This document shows, piece by piece, positions 21,107 to 31,735 of a stretch of 64,000 bases of DNA. The DNA lies in NCBI GenBank assembly GCA_965242725.1, contig CBDESZ010000027.1, positions 59,922-123,921 on the forward strand, read 5' to 3'. Made by a program: the position numbers and the translations under genes. This DNA comes from Alkalispirochaeta sp. Lineage in GTDB: Bacteria > Spirochaetota > Spirochaetia > DSM-27196 > Alkalispirochaetaceae. How positions within the stretch are numbered: the stretch's first letter is position 1; each line of letters opens with the position of its first letter. The notes beneath the pieces were generated by a model. The model saw nothing but the letters and a program-made list of their open reading frames with translations, did no database searches and had not been told where the DNA came from.

Positions 21107-23275
21107 GTGGATCTCCACTTTGACGACGAGAAGCTGCCTCTCGCCGCGCGCCTGCGGCCGCGCACGCTGGAGGAGTTTTTCGGGCAGGAACAGATTGTCG
21201 GCTCGGGAAGGCTGTTGCGCCGGGCGATACAGGCAGATCAGCTCACTTCTATCATCCTTTCAGGTCCGCCGGGAACGGGCAAGACGACTCTCGCCCGAAT
21301 CATCGCCGCCCGTACCCAGAGCCAGTTTCTCACGATGAACGCCGTCCTGAGCGGCATCAAGGATATTCGCACCGCCATCGAAGAGGCGAAGGCGTATAGG
21401 CAGCAGACAAACCGGCGAACCATACTCTTTGTCGACGAAGTTCATCGCTGGAACAAGTCGCAACAGGACGCCCTCCTTCCCTGGGTTGAGGACGGTCTCT
21501 TCGTTCTCATCGGTGCAACAACGGAAAACCCCTTTTTTGAAGTGAATCGCGCCCTTCTTTCGCGGAGTCGCGTCTTCGTCCTCCGGGCACTGACGGAAGA
21601 GGACCTTGAACATATCCTCGATCTGGCGCTCCATGACGTCCAGCGCGGCTACGGTGACTATGACGTGGTCGTCACGGCCGACGCCCGGCGCCACCTCGTA
21701 ACCAAGGCCTCCGGTGATGCCCGTACCCTTCTGAACGCCCTGGAACTGGCGGTGGAAACGAGCGTCGACATCTTTCCGCCTCCCCGGGGAACGCGAATCA
21801 CCGTCGATCTCGCGGTGGCGGAAGACAGCATTCAGCAACGGGCGCTTCTCTACGACAAGGACGGCGACTACCATTTTGACACCATCAGTGCGTTCATAAA
21901 GTCGATACGGGGCTCCGATCCCGATGCAGCGCTCTACTGGCTTGCACGAATGCTGGAAGCCGGGGAAGATCCCCATTTCATTTTTCGACGTCTGCTGATT
22001 CAGGCTTCCGAAGATATCGGACTTGCAGACCCCGGTGCGCTCGGCGTGGTGACGGCGTGTGCAGACGCCTTTGACCGGGTAGGATTGCCTGAAGGACGGT
22101 TCCATCTCGCCCAGGCAACGCTCTATCTCGCCACGACTGAAAAATCAAACTCCACCCTCGGCCTCTTTGACGCTATTGCGGCGATACGACAGGGCGGCGA
22201 CGACGGCGTACCCACCCATCTCAAGGATCCCTCCCGTGACGGTGCGGACATGGGACACGGGAAAGGTTACCTCTATCCCCACGCCTATGAGCACCACTGG
22301 GTCGCCCAGCGTTATCTCCCCGAGGAGTTGAAGGAACAGATCTTCTATCACGGCGGCACTCTCGGCTGGGAGGGCGAACGAAACGAGACAATCCGGGAGC
22401 GCCGACAGCTTCAACTCGCCGCGATCACTGAAGAAGAGCGTGAACCGTGGAGCGTCGCCCCCGCGGAAGACACAACATCCCGGTGGAATCGCCGCACAAC
22501 TGTGCAGGAGAGCGATTCCCGGGCGCTCCGCGACCAGTTGACGGAGGGACTCTCGATCGCTCCCACAGATCGGGTACTTCTGTACGGCGACGCGGTGCAG
22601 CTTCTCCTCTGGCCGATCCACAAACGGGCGTCGGCGGGAATTACTTCGGCATGGACGGACGGGACATCCAGGCAATCGATCGTACACACCCTGGGAGACC
22701 GCCGGGAAAGCGTATACAGCCCGGAGGTTCATCAGATGGACGACGTACCGGATGACGCATACCCGGGGCCCTTTGATCTTGTCGTCTACCGCGCCGTCTC
22801 ACCACTCCTTCCTTCAGGTATACTTCCCCAACTGCTCTCCCGGCTGGCGGAGAACGGCGTCTTTCGCGTCGTTGTCACCGACATCCATGAAGGTGACAGT
22901 CCCGCCTCGATTCTCCCCCTTCCCGGCTCCATTGCGTCGGACCTGAAAAGTATACAGCGCGAGATCTATCCCCCCGCCGTCGACCAATGGCGGGAAGCGC
23001 TCCTTGATGCTATTGAAACGAGGTTGAAGAAACCCGATTCACCGCTCCCTCCGTACCGCCTTGAGGAGCGGGAAGTACGTCACCCGGTGCGGAGACATCT
23101 CTCCCCCGACGTCGTAGCCTCGTGGCTCGCGGAAGGGACGCCACTCGGACGCAGGGCGGGTGAAATCCTTTCCTCCGACGATTACAAAAGCCTCCGCCAC
23201 GCCGTAGCTGAACTGGAGGAGCGGGAGTATCCCTGGACCCGGGTTTATCGCGTCTTTACCGTTGCGCCGCCTTGA
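21107..23275 (+). CDS. rarA: Replication-associated recombination AAA+ ATPase RarA/MgsA with long C-terminal extension
   Basis: [58 protein letters not shown]. Confidence 0.92.
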   Translation: MDLHFDDEKLPLAARLRPRTLEEFFGQEQIVGSGRLLRRAIQADQLTSIILSGPPGTGKTTLARIIAARTQSQFLTMNAVLSGIKDIRTAIEEAKAYRQQTNRRTILFVDEVHRWNKSQQDALLPWVEDGLFVLIGATTENPFFEVNRALLSRSRVFVLRALTEEDLEHILDLALHDVQRGYGDYDVVVTADARRHLVTKASGDARTLLNALELAVETSVDIFPPPRGTRITVDLAVAEDSIQQRALLYDKDGDYHFDTISAFIKSIRGSDPDAALYWLARMLEAGEDPHFIFRRLLIQASEDIGLADPGALGVVTACADAFDRVGLPEGRFHLAQATLYLATTEKSNSTLGLFDAIAAIRQGGDDGVPTHLKDPSRDGADMGHGKGYLYPHAYEHHWVAQRYLPEELKEQIFYHGGTLGWEGERNETIRERRQLQLAAITEEEREPWSVAPAEDTTSRWNRRTTVQESDSRALRDQLTEGLSIAPTDRVLLYGDAVQLLLWPIHKRASAGITSAWTDGTSRQSIVHTLGDRRESVYSPEVHQMDDVPDDAYPGPFDLVVYRAVSPLLPSGILPQLLSRLAENGVFRVVVTDIHEGDSPASILPLPGSIASDLKSIQREIYPPAVDQWREALLDAIETRLKKPDSPLPPYRLEEREVRHPVRRHLSPDVVASWLAEGTPLGRRAGEILSSDDYKSLRHAVAELEEREYPWTRVYRVFTVAPP

Positions 23276-23300
23276 CAAAAGCGGGTTAATTGGGCATATT
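23272..23300 (+). promoter_or_regulatory. Sigma70-type promoter of the tRNA cluster
   Basis: TTGACA-17 nt-CATATT; the -35 box overlaps the rarA TGA stop. Confidence 0.7.
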
Positions 23301-23313
23301 CCACCGGACTTGC

Positions 23314-23386
23314 GGTGGATGTAGTTCAATGGTAGAGCGCCAGATTGTGGTTCTGGTTGTTGCGGGTTCAAGTCCCGTCATCCACC
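23314..23386 (+). tRNA. tRNA-His (GTG)
   Basis: Cloverleaf, CCAGA-TT-GTG-GT-TCTGG, encoded G-1 and C discriminator. Confidence 0.95.
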
Positions 23387-23393
23387 CTGACGT

Positions 23394-23467
<74 letters not shown>

Positions 23468-23477
23468 CAGAAACCGT

Positions 23478-23550
23478 GGGCCGTTAGCTCAGCTGGCAGA
23501 GCAGCAGACTCTTAATCTGCGGGTCGAAGGTTCGATCCCTTCACGGCTCA
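23478..23550 (+). tRNA. tRNA-Lys (CTT)
   Basis: Cloverleaf, GCAGA-CT-CTT-AA-TCTGC. Confidence 0.95.
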
Positions 23551-23626
23551 CATACCGCGTCGCCGAATAATAAGGACGGACGCATCGGAGAGCGCTTGAC
23601 GAATGTGATATCTTTTGGATATCATT

Positions 23627-23708
23627 GCGAGAGTGGTGAAATTGGTATACACGCCAGATTTAGGATCTGGTGCCGTAAGGCGTAAGGGTTCGAGTCCCTT
23701 CTCTCGCA
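23627..23708 (+). tRNA. tRNA-Leu (TAG)
   Basis: Cloverleaf with long variable arm, CCAGA-TT-TAG-GA-TCTGG. Confidence 0.95.
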
Positions 23709-23757
23709 ATTGAAGGGACCGCCGCCATATTCACCAGTTACAAGTGGTCCCGTATTT

Positions 23758-23829
23758 GCGAGAGTAGCTCAGTGGTAGAGCTCCACCTTGCCAAGGTGGA
23801 TGTCGCGGGTTCGAATCCCGTCTCTCGCT
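23758..23829 (+). tRNA. tRNA-Gly (GCC)
   Basis: Cloverleaf, CCACC-TT-GCC-AA-GGTGG, U discriminator. Confidence 0.95.
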
Positions 23830-23840
23830 CTCTTTTTTAA

Positions 23841-23873
23841 GGCGGTTCGGCCATCCGGATCGCCATTTTTTTT
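23841..23873 (+). terminator. Intrinsic terminator after the tRNA cluster
   Basis: GGCGGTTCGG/CCGGATCGCC stem (two G-U pairs) followed by T8. Confidence 0.8.
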
Positions 23874-23906
23874 ACGTCGGACTCAAGGGATGTAAAGGGC
23901 AAACAC

Positions 23907-25268
23907 ATGGTACAAGACAAACAGATCGAGAAGCAGGAACAATCATCAGTCAAATTGACGATGACTGTTTCCGCCGATGAAGTGCGTAAAGCGTATGACG
24001 AGCTGGTAAAGAAATACAGCAAAGACGCACAGATCAAGGGATTTCGGAAAGGGAAAGTTCCCAAAAACATTCTGGAGCGGAAATTCGGTGAATCCTTTCG
24101 TGCGGAAACGCTTCAGAACATCATCGAACAGGCGCTTCAGGAGTCGATTACCGACGTAGACGAGACGCAACGCCCCCTCCCCTACGCGCAACCGACCCTG
24201 CTTGACGAAACGCTCGAGCTTGACCCGGACAGGGAACTCACCTTCAGCGTAGCATACGACGTCTTCCCCGAGGTGCAGGTTGGTACGTACAAGGGGCTGG
24301 AAATCAAGGAACCCCAGGTAAAGGTCACCAAGAAAGACGTGGAGCGTGAACTCGATCAAATGCGGGAGCAGAACGCTCTTGTCATTGAAAAAGAGGACGG
24401 TGCCGTCGCGGAAGGCGATATCGTCACCATGAATTACGAAGAGGTCGATGAAGACGGCAATCCGGTACCCCAGACACAGCGGGAAGACTACACCTTTACC
24501 GTCGGCAGCGGACACAACCTCTACCATCTGGATACCGAAGTCGTCGGCATGACCAGGGACGAAGAAAAGATCTTCGACAAGGAGTTCCCCGAGGACTTTG
24601 AACATGAAGAGATCGCCGGAACGAAAAAGCGGATCAAAGTCACCATTACCCAGATAAAGCAGCGGGATGTTCCGGAACTGGACGACGACTTTGCCCAGGA
24701 CATCAGTGACGACTTTGAAACGCTGGACGATCTGAAAAAGGATGTACAGGAACGGCTGGAGAAGACGGCGGCGGAACGCATTCGCGGCCGGAAGATCGAT
24801 CAGCTCATGGAGCAGGTCGTTGCCGACTCGGAGGTTGATGTCCCTGCATCCATGGTGGACACCGAGCTGGAAAACAGCTGGCGCAATCTTTCACAGCAGT
24901 ATCGCGTCACACCTGAACAACTGGATCAGCTCCTCAATATGCAGGGAAAAACACGGGACTCCATATTTGAAGAGTGGCGCCCCGCCGCAATTGAGCGACT
25001 CAAGCGAAGCCTCCTTGTACAGAAAATGATCGAAACCGAAAGTATCGAGGTCAGCGAGGAAGACGCGGAAGAAGAGATCAGATCTGAAGCAAAAGAGCGC
25101 AATGCCGATGCCGACCAGGTACTGGAATACTACAAGAAGAACGGCATGCTCAGTTACGTGCAGCAGGAGATTGCGGAACGGCGCATGTTTGACGCCGTCC
25201 TTGAGACATGTACGGTAAAAAAAGGCGACAAGGTTGAATATCTGGACCTTGTCGGCGGGAATGAGTAA
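23907..25268 (+). CDS. tig: Trigger factor
   Basis: GFRKGKVP ribosome-binding motif, ELDDDFA, position before clpP-clpX. Confidence 0.95.
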   Translation: MVQDKQIEKQEQSSVKLTMTVSADEVRKAYDELVKKYSKDAQIKGFRKGKVPKNILERKFGESFRAETLQNIIEQALQESITDVDETQRPLPYAQPTLLDETLELDPDRELTFSVAYDVFPEVQVGTYKGLEIKEPQVKVTKKDVERELDQMREQNALVIEKEDGAVAEGDIVTMNYEEVDEDGNPVPQTQREDYTFTVGSGHNLYHLDTEVVGMTRDEEKIFDKEFPEDFEHEEIAGTKKRIKVTITQIKQRDVPELDDDFAQDISDDFETLDDLKKDVQERLEKTAAERIRGRKIDQLMEQVVADSEVDVPASMVDTELENSWRNLSQQYRVTPEQLDQLLNMQGKTRDSIFEEWRPAAIERLKRSLLVQKMIETESIEVSEEDAEEEIRSEAKERNADADQVLEYYKKNGMLSYVQQEIAERRMFDAVLETCTVKKGDKVEYLDLVGGNE

Positions 25269-25278
25269 TTTTCGGCGT

Positions 25279-25896
25279 ATGAATGAACAAAACAGCAACC
25301 TGGTGCCCATCGTTGTAGAACAAACGGGCATTGGAGAACGATCGTACGACATTTTTTCCCGTCTCCTGAAAGACCGGATCGTCTTCCTGGACGGTCCCAT
25401 AAGTGACGCCACGGCGGATCTCGTGGTGGCACAAATGCTCTTTCTTGAAAGTCAGGATCCCGAAAAGGACATCAATCTCTATATCAACAGTCCCGGAGGG
25501 TCCGTCACGGCGGGTCTGGCGATATACGACACGATGCAGTACATAAAGCCCGACGTATCGACGATCTGTATGGGACAGGCAGCATCGATGGCTGCCCTGC
25601 TCCTGACCGCCGGTGCCCCGGGAAAACGACGGGGCCTCCCCTCTTCACGAATCCTCGTTCACCAGCCGTGGGGCGGTGTTCAGGGGCAGGCTACGGATAT
25701 CGGGATACAGGCACGTGAAATCGTACGCCTTAAGAAAATGCTTATCGAATACTTCGCCCATCACACCGGAAAAACCGTAGAGAAGATATCCGCCGACCTT
25801 GAGCGGGACTATTTCATGTCCGCCACGGAAAGTGTAGAATACGGTATTATCGACGAAGTGCTGGTACGAGGTTCACATGATAAAACAGAAGAGTGA
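25279..25896 (+). CDS. clpP: ATP-dependent Clp protease proteolytic subunit
   Basis: [30 protein letters not shown]. Confidence 0.97.
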   Translation: MNEQNSNLVPIVVEQTGIGERSYDIFSRLLKDRIVFLDGPISDATADLVVAQMLFLESQDPEKDINLYINSPGGSVTAGLAIYDTMQYIKPDVSTICMGQAASMAALLLTAGAPGKRRGLPSSRILVHQPWGGVQGQATDIGIQAREIVRLKKMLIEYFAHHTGKTVEKISADLERDYFMSATESVEYGIIDEVLVRGSHDKTEE

Positions 25897-27118
25897 GAAT
25901 GGAAAATCGTGCTCCTTTTGCGGAAAGAAAGCGGAGCACGCCCGCCGCCTCATAGCCGGTCCCGGTGTCTACATCTGTGACGAATGCGTCAATGTATGCA
26001 AGCGGATGATCGACGAGGAAGACGACATCCTCACCTCAACAATTCTTGATACCGTACCGAGCCCCAAAGAGATCAAGGACTACCTTGATACATACGTCAT
26101 CGGTCAGGACGATGCAAAGAAAATCCTCTCCGTTGCCGTGTACAACCACTACAAGCGGATCAGTCAGAAGGCGGAACTGGAGGACGACATTGAGCTGGAC
26201 AAGTCCAACGTCCTCCTCATCGGGCCGACCGGGACGGGAAAGACCCTTCTCGCCCGCACCCTCGCCCACAAGATGAAGGTTCCCTTCGCCATCGCCGATG
26301 CAACAACCCTCACCGAAGCGGGGTATGTCGGCGAGGACGTTGAAAACATCCTCCTGAAACTCTATCAGAACGCCGGCGGAAACATCGCCGCAACGGAACG
26401 GGGCATCATTTACATTGACGAAATCGATAAAATCGCCCGGAAGAGCGAGAATGCGTCAATCACTCGTGACGTCAGCGGAGAGGGCGTACAGCAGGCGCTG
26501 CTCAAGATCATCGAAGGAACCGTTGCGTCCGTTCCCCCCCAGGGTGGGCGGAAACATCCAAGCCAGGAGATGATCAGAATAGACACCTCCAACATCCTCT
26601 TTGTCGTCGGTGGAGCCTTTGTAGGTCTCGACCGCGTCATCGACAGTCGCGTCTCCAAGCATCCCATGGGTTTTGGCGCGGATGTAAAGCTGGCCAAGAA
26701 TCGCGACCTCGTCGCCCTCTACGACCAGCTGCATCCCGACGACCTGGTGAAGTTCGGTCTCATTCCGGAGTTTGTCGGCCGTCTGCCCATAAGCGTGACC
26801 CTGCAGGATCTCGATGAAGAAGCGCTGGTCCGTATCCTCAAGGAACCCCGCAACAGCGTGGTGAAGCAATACCAGGCGTCACTCAAGCTTGACGACGTGG
26901 AACTCATATTTGAGGACGGCGCCCTTGAGGCGATCGCCTCCCAGGCACTGAGCAGACGCACCGGCGCCCGGGGACTGCGGGCAATCGTTGAAAAAATAAT
27001 GACGGACCTCATGTTTGAACTTCCCTCCATAGAAGGGGCAAAACGGGTAACCATTACCCGGGACGACGTTGAAAACGGCCAGAAACCGGCGGTAGAACTG
27101 ATCCAGAAATCAGCATGA
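25877..27118 (+). CDS. clpX: ATP-dependent Clp protease ATP-binding subunit ClpX
   Basis: CSFCG Zn finger, [32 protein letters not shown]. Confidence 0.97.
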   Translation: MIKQKSENGKSCSFCGKKAEHARRLIAGPGVYICDECVNVCKRMIDEEDDILTSTILDTVPSPKEIKDYLDTYVIGQDDAKKILSVAVYNHYKRISQKAELEDDIELDKSNVLLIGPTGTGKTLLARTLAHKMKVPFAIADATTLTEAGYVGEDVENILLKLYQNAGGNIAATERGIIYIDEIDKIARKSENASITRDVSGEGVQQALLKIIEGTVASVPPQGGRKHPSQEMIRIDTSNILFVVGGAFVGLDRVIDSRVSKHPMGFGADVKLAKNRDLVALYDQLHPDDLVKFGLIPEFVGRLPISVTLQDLDEEALVRILKEPRNSVVKQYQASLKLDDVELIFEDGALEAIASQALSRRTGARGLRAIVEKIMTDLMFELPSIEGAKRVTITRDDVENGQKPAVELIQKSA

Positions 27119-29481
27119 AACTTTTTCCACAGAGAGACCGGGTCGGGGAGCTTCCCGTTCTCCCCACACCCCGGTCGCTCCTCTTTCCGGGACAGCCGAC
27201 GACGCTCTTTATCACCCAGGACAACGCAAAAAACGTCATCGCCGCGGCGTCGACCGACGGCGGCCGCAGTTTCCTCGCCGTTCCGCAACGGGAGGGAACT
27301 TCAGACGGCTCCGATTTGCATCGTGTAGGCGCCCTTGTCTGGATTCTGCACAACATACGCATGCCCGACGGCTCCCTGAGAATCATGGTGGATCCCCGGG
27401 AACGGGCGGAAATTACCGCCTTTGCCGAAAAGGACGGCATCCCCTACGGGAGTTACCGTCAGATCCGTCCCGACAAGAGCGACCCCTCCGAGGAGATGCC
27501 CAAGCTTGCGCGTCTCCTCAAGGACTCATTTGAGGAATACGGAAAGCTCAACCCTGCAATAAAGTCTGACGCCCAGAAACGCGTCCGCGACGCCGAGAGT
27601 CCCGACCAGTTGGTGGACATCGTCGCATCGACGGTTCCGATGGACATGGAAACACAGATCACCCTCTTCCGGGAGGAGTCGACCCTTCAGCGTCTCCATC
27701 AGACGATCGCGGCGGTGGACGGAGAAATCGAACTGCTCCGGCTCAAACGATCCATTCGCGATCGCGTTCGCAGCAAAATGGAACGGCAGCAGAAAGACCA
27801 TTTCCTCAATGAGCAGATCAAGGAGATCAATCGGGAGCTCGGTCGCGATGATGATGACGACAACGGTCATGAGGAACTGCTCAAACGCATTCAGGAAGCC
27901 CAGTTGCCCGAGGAAGTGGAGCGGCAGGCCGAGAAAGAGGTGCGCCGTCTCAGAAAGCTTCCCGCCGTAGCCCCTGAAGCGGGAATCATTCGCACATATA
28001 TTGACTGGCTCCTTGAGCTTCCCTGGCTGCCCGGGGAATCGACCGTTCCCGACATCTCAGAGGCGCGAAAGATCCTCGACGAAGACCACTACGACATGGA
28101 GAAACCCAAGGACCGCGTCCTTGAATATATGGCGGTCCAGGCGCTCAACCCCAATCTCAAGGCGCCGATTCTCTGTTTTGTCGGCCCTCCCGGTACCGGA
28201 AAGACCTCCCTCGGCCAGTCAATGGCGCGGGCACTGGGACGCCGGTTTGTGCGCCTTTCTCTGGGCGGTGTCCGGGATGAAGCGGAAATCCGCGGTCACC
28301 GCAGAACCTACGTCGGCGCAATGCCGGGCCGCATCATTCAGGCGATGAAGCGTGCGGGTACCCACGATCCGGTCATACTCCTGGACGAAATAGACAAGCT
28401 GGGGGCCGATTTCAGGGGTGATCCTTCAAGCGCCCTTCTGGAAGTCCTTGACCCTGAGCAGAACAACACATTTTCAGACCACTACATTGAGCTGCCCTTC
28501 GACCTCTCCCGGGTCGTATTCCTTACCACCGCAAACACCCTTCACGGCGTACCGGCGGCACTCAGGGATCGGCTTGAAATCATCGAAGTTCCCGGCTACA
28601 CCGAGCGGGAAAAACTGCTCATTGCCCGGGACTTTCTCGTGCCCGAGCAATTGCGTGAAAACGGCCTCGACAAGGCGGCGGTGACCATCAGAAAGGACGC
28701 TCTCCTCACGATCATTCACGACTACACCTCCGAGAGCGGCGTGCGCAACCTGAAGCGGGAAATAGCAAACGTCATACGCAAGCTCGCCCGGGAGGTAATG
28801 GAATCGGGTACTCCTATCGGACAGTACCGGCGCAGCGTCCAGGGATCGACGGTGCACAGACTCCTCGGACCTCCGCGATACCGTCAGGACGAAGGAGACC
28901 GGGAGATCAGCGTTCCCGGCGTCGTTCAGGGGCTGGCGTGGACGGAAAACGGCGGTGTCGTTCTGCCCGTGGAAGTGGTAGTCCTCGACGGATCGGGAGA
29001 TTTGCAGCTTACCGGCAGCCTGGGTGACGTGATGAAGGAGAGCGCCCGAGCGGCGTTGAGCTACATATTTGCCCACGCCGACCGATTCGGCGTGACCGTT
29101 GATAGGTCAAAGATATCGATCCATATACACGTCCCTCAGGGCGCAATCCCCAAGGACGGTCCTTCTGCGGGAATCACCATGTTCAGCGCGATTCTTTCGG
29201 CACTGACCGGACGAGTCGCCCGGAGCGACACGGCGATGACCGGGGAGATCACCCTGTCGGGCCGGGTCCTGCCCATAGGGGGCCTCAAGGAAAAAATCCT
29301 CGCCGCCCGGCGGCGGGGTATTTCCCGTATCATCCTTCCCGAAGGCAACGGCCACGATCTGGAATCCCTTCCGGGTGACGTCAAATCGGGTATTGAAATA
29401 GTGTCAATCGCGTCGGTGACGACTCTGCCTGAGCAGGTGTTGCAGGACGTCACCGAAACGGTGACGACTGGAGAAGTTTGA
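27115..29481 (+). CDS. lon: Endopeptidase La
   Basis: [33 protein letters not shown]. Confidence 0.96.
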   Translation: MKLFPQRDRVGELPVLPTPRSLLFPGQPTTLFITQDNAKNVIAAASTDGGRSFLAVPQREGTSDGSDLHRVGALVWILHNIRMPDGSLRIMVDPRERAEITAFAEKDGIPYGSYRQIRPDKSDPSEEMPKLARLLKDSFEEYGKLNPAIKSDAQKRVRDAESPDQLVDIVASTVPMDMETQITLFREESTLQRLHQTIAAVDGEIELLRLKRSIRDRVRSKMERQQKDHFLNEQIKEINRELGRDDDDDNGHEELLKRIQEAQLPEEVERQAEKEVRRLRKLPAVAPEAGIIRTYIDWLLELPWLPGESTVPDISEARKILDEDHYDMEKPKDRVLEYMAVQALNPNLKAPILCFVGPPGTGKTSLGQSMARALGRRFVRLSLGGVRDEAEIRGHRRTYVGAMPGRIIQAMKRAGTHDPVILLDEIDKLGADFRGDPSSALLEVLDPEQNNTFSDHYIELPFDLSRVVFLTTANTLHGVPAALRDRLEIIEVPGYTEREKLLIARDFLVPEQLRENGLDKAAVTIRKDALLTIIHDYTSESGVRNLKREIANVIRKLAREVMESGTPIGQYRRSVQGSTVHRLLGPPRYRQDEGDREISVPGVVQGLAWTENGGVVLPVEVVVLDGSGDLQLTGSLGDVMKESARAALSYIFAHADRFGVTVDRSKISIHIHVPQGAIPKDGPSAGITMFSAILSALTGRVARSDTAMTGEITLSGRVLPIGGLKEKILAARRRGISRIILPEGNGHDLESLPGDVKSGIEIVSIASVTTLPEQVLQDVTETVTTGEV

Positions 29482-30937
29482 CCGAAGATATCCGGTCTCG
29501 GGACGCCGTAACCGAATACCACCGCGTCCGTGCCCGTTCTTCCGGCGACCGACGGCGGAGATCGCGACTGCCCCGGCCGATACCCACCGTCACCTGTACG
29601 TAAACCTTGTAGAGCCGGGGAATACGGCGCAGTGCCAGCGTTCCCTCTTCCGTCTTTACCGGCCATTCCTTCCACGGCCGGTCCATACGCGTCGTCCAGT
29701 CCGAGGTGTCGAGACGGACGATTTCGGCCATGGCGTCCACCCGCCTCCGTCTCCTGATGCGCCGCCGCTTGAGATGAAATCGTGTCTGCACATCAATCGC
29801 CCGCCACCCTTCACTTTCCCGGTAACGGATGTCGTCGGGATAGCGCACGAGGGAGACTTTTCGGGCAATTCTGACGCGCTTCGTCGGAATGCGTCCCTTT
29901 ACCGCCCTGCGTCTCCTGATTGCGACGCGCTCGTAGACGAAATTCACCCTGTCCTGAACGATCCCCGGCACCAGCCTGACCAGTGCCCCTCGCAGCATTT
30001 CCTTGATGCGGTCCTTCACGATATATGCGCCCACCAGCGCAATGGCCCAGGGAAGGCTTCCTCCCGCCCAGCGCTGCTCCGCAAAGAGCGTCGCCGCCAC
30101 CGCAAAGGCCATCGCCGCGCCCGCGGCGACCCCGGCAAGGACGTGAAAAAAGCGCTCGTTGTTGCGGCTTTCTTCAACGTCTAGGTAGAGGACCGATTGC
30201 ACCCATTTCTTCAGGGCGCTGTCCCGCATGACCGCACGGTGCCCCTCCTCCAGAGGATCGATGTCGTACCCGCCTCCGACCTCATACAGCTCATCAAGCC
30301 ACTCCTGAAGGGGTGCCGTATCGACTCTCCCGTCAATAATGTAATGCGCCAGGCGTCTTGCCGTCGTTCGTATGAGATATTCCCGCGCCCGTTGAACGAC
30401 GCGGCGGGAGAGATCGACATCCCGGGATGCCTTCATGAAGCGGGACAGGACGCCCCGTCCCTGGACGATCGCGGAGGACGGATGCTCGGCGGAACGAAGT
30501 TCGTCCTTCAAGGCGCTGTGAAAGATGTTGCAGAACATCTTGACCTCGTGGATACCATCGACGGGATCGGGCCGTGTACGACCGGTGCCGCCGGCCCCTT
30601 TACCACTGCCCCCTTCGTCGCTACCCCCTTTGCCACTATCGGCTTTGCCACCGCCGGTGCCGAGGCGCTCGAGACGGACGAGGGGATTGCTCCCATCCTG
30701 TGAGGCAAGCAGCGCCATCCCTTCACGACGCACCTGATAGCGCGTATGGGTCACCATACCGGCAAGGAGACGCTCCCGGGGGAGGGAGCGTTCATCGACC
30801 TGCAGCTGTGTGGGCAGGTAATAGCGGATTTCAAGGCGTTGGGCTCTGCCCGCAGCGAGAGGCAGACTGCACTTCACCTCCAGCATGTGAGGGCCATGGA
30901 GGCGCAAATCTGCTGACGGAAAGGTTCTGCTGTCCAT
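29450..30937 (-). CDS. Hypothetical membrane protein
   Basis: About 495-aa ORF with two hydrophobic segments followed by KDRIKE; no function recognised. Confidence 0.65.
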   Translation of the reverse strand: MDSRTFPSADLRLHGPHMLEVKCSLPLAAGRAQRLEIRYYLPTQLQVDERSLPRERLLAGMVTHTRYQVRREGMALLASQDGSNPLVRLERLGTGGGKADSGKGGSDEGGSGKGAGGTGRTRPDPVDGIHEVKMFCNIFHSALKDELRSAEHPSSAIVQGRGVLSRFMKASRDVDLSRRVVQRAREYLIRTTARRLAHYIIDGRVDTAPLQEWLDELYEVGGGYDIDPLEEGHRAVMRDSALKKWVQSVLYLDVEESRNNERFFHVLAGVAAGAAMAFAVAATLFAEQRWAGGSLPWAIALVGAYIVKDRIKEMLRGALVRLVPGIVQDRVNFVYERVAIRRRRAVKGRIPTKRVRIARKVSLVRYPDDIRYRESEGWRAIDVQTRFHLKRRRIRRRRRVDAMAEIVRLDTSDWTTRMDRPWKEWPVKTEEGTLALRRIPRLYKVYVQVTVGIGRGSRDLRRRSPEERARTRWYSVTASRDRISSVKLLQSSPFR

Positions 30938-30975
30938 GAACACGCTGAAGGACGTTACGGTGCCGGTGTCGCGTC

Positions 30976-31464
30976 CTATACCGCTTCGGCGGTCACCTTC
31001 TCCATGACATCTCCCGCGGCAATTGCATCCACAACATCCGACCCCGTCGTCACCTTGCCGAAGACCGTATGTTTTCCGTCGAGGTGCGGCTGCGGCGAGT
31101 GGGTGATGAAAAACTGGCTCCCGTTGGTATTGGGACCGGCGTTGGCCATTGATATCACCTTGGACTCATGCTTCAGGGGATTCCCCTTCGTCTCGTCCTC
31201 AAATCGATATCCCGGACCACCACGTCCCGTGCCGGTGGGATCACCACCCTGAACGACAAAATTATCAATAACCCGATGAAAAGCCACTCCGTCATAAAAG
31301 CCCTCTTCCACCAGAAAGACAAAATTGTTCACCGTCACCGGCGCGTGCTCCGGATAGAGTTCCAGCTCGATCACACCCTTGTTGGTCGTCATCGTCACCC
31401 TGTATCGCCGATCCGTATCAATAGTCATTGCGGGCTTCGCGTCCCACTGTTTATGTGTACTCAT
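30976..31464 (-). CDS. Cyclophilin-type peptidyl-prolyl isomerase
   Basis: [45 protein letters not shown]. Confidence 0.95.
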   Translation of the reverse strand: MSTHKQWDAKPAMTIDTDRRYRVTMTTNKGVIELELYPEHAPVTVNNFVFLVEEGFYDGVAFHRVIDNFVVQGGDPTGTGRGGPGYRFEDETKGNPLKHESKVISMANAGPNTNGSQFFITHSPQPHLDGKHTVFGKVTTGSDVVDAIAAGDVMEKVTAEAV

Positions 31465-31470
31465 CCGCCT

Positions 31471-31499
31471 ACCGTACCATTGCCGGCCGATAGGGACAA
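31471..31499 (-). promoter_or_regulatory. Sigma70-type promoter, leaderless arrangement
   Basis: TTGTCC-17 nt-TACGGT with TGn extension, 6 nt before ATG 31464. Confidence 0.5.
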
Positions 31500-31735
31500 G
31501 CTGATGATCTTCTATATCGAACGCGAGCGTCACCGCGGCGCCGCCCCGACTCGCTCCGCCCGCTCCGCTCACCTTCCCCGGGGGCGCTCATTCGGGAGAC
31601 GCCCTCCCAGGAAGGAGGGACCGCTCTCGGGCGCCGCCACGTTTCAGGAGGTTGGTGCGCCCTCCGGCGCCGCCGGCACGCCACAGTCGGGATGGGTATT
31701 ATTCAGGAGGGATCGGGCCGCTCAGGCGCCTGCCC

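Noticed and set aside
23596..23625. TTGACG...TATCAT as an internal promoter for tRNA-Leu(TAG)
   Set aside because: The -10 box ends 1 nt before the tRNA, so transcription would start inside it; the TGATATC/GATATCA palindrome fits a spacer hairpin better
31600..31620. SRP RNA suggested by CAGGAAGG
   Set aside because: The conserved SRP helix-8 internal loop context (CAGG...GGAA...AGCAG) is absent
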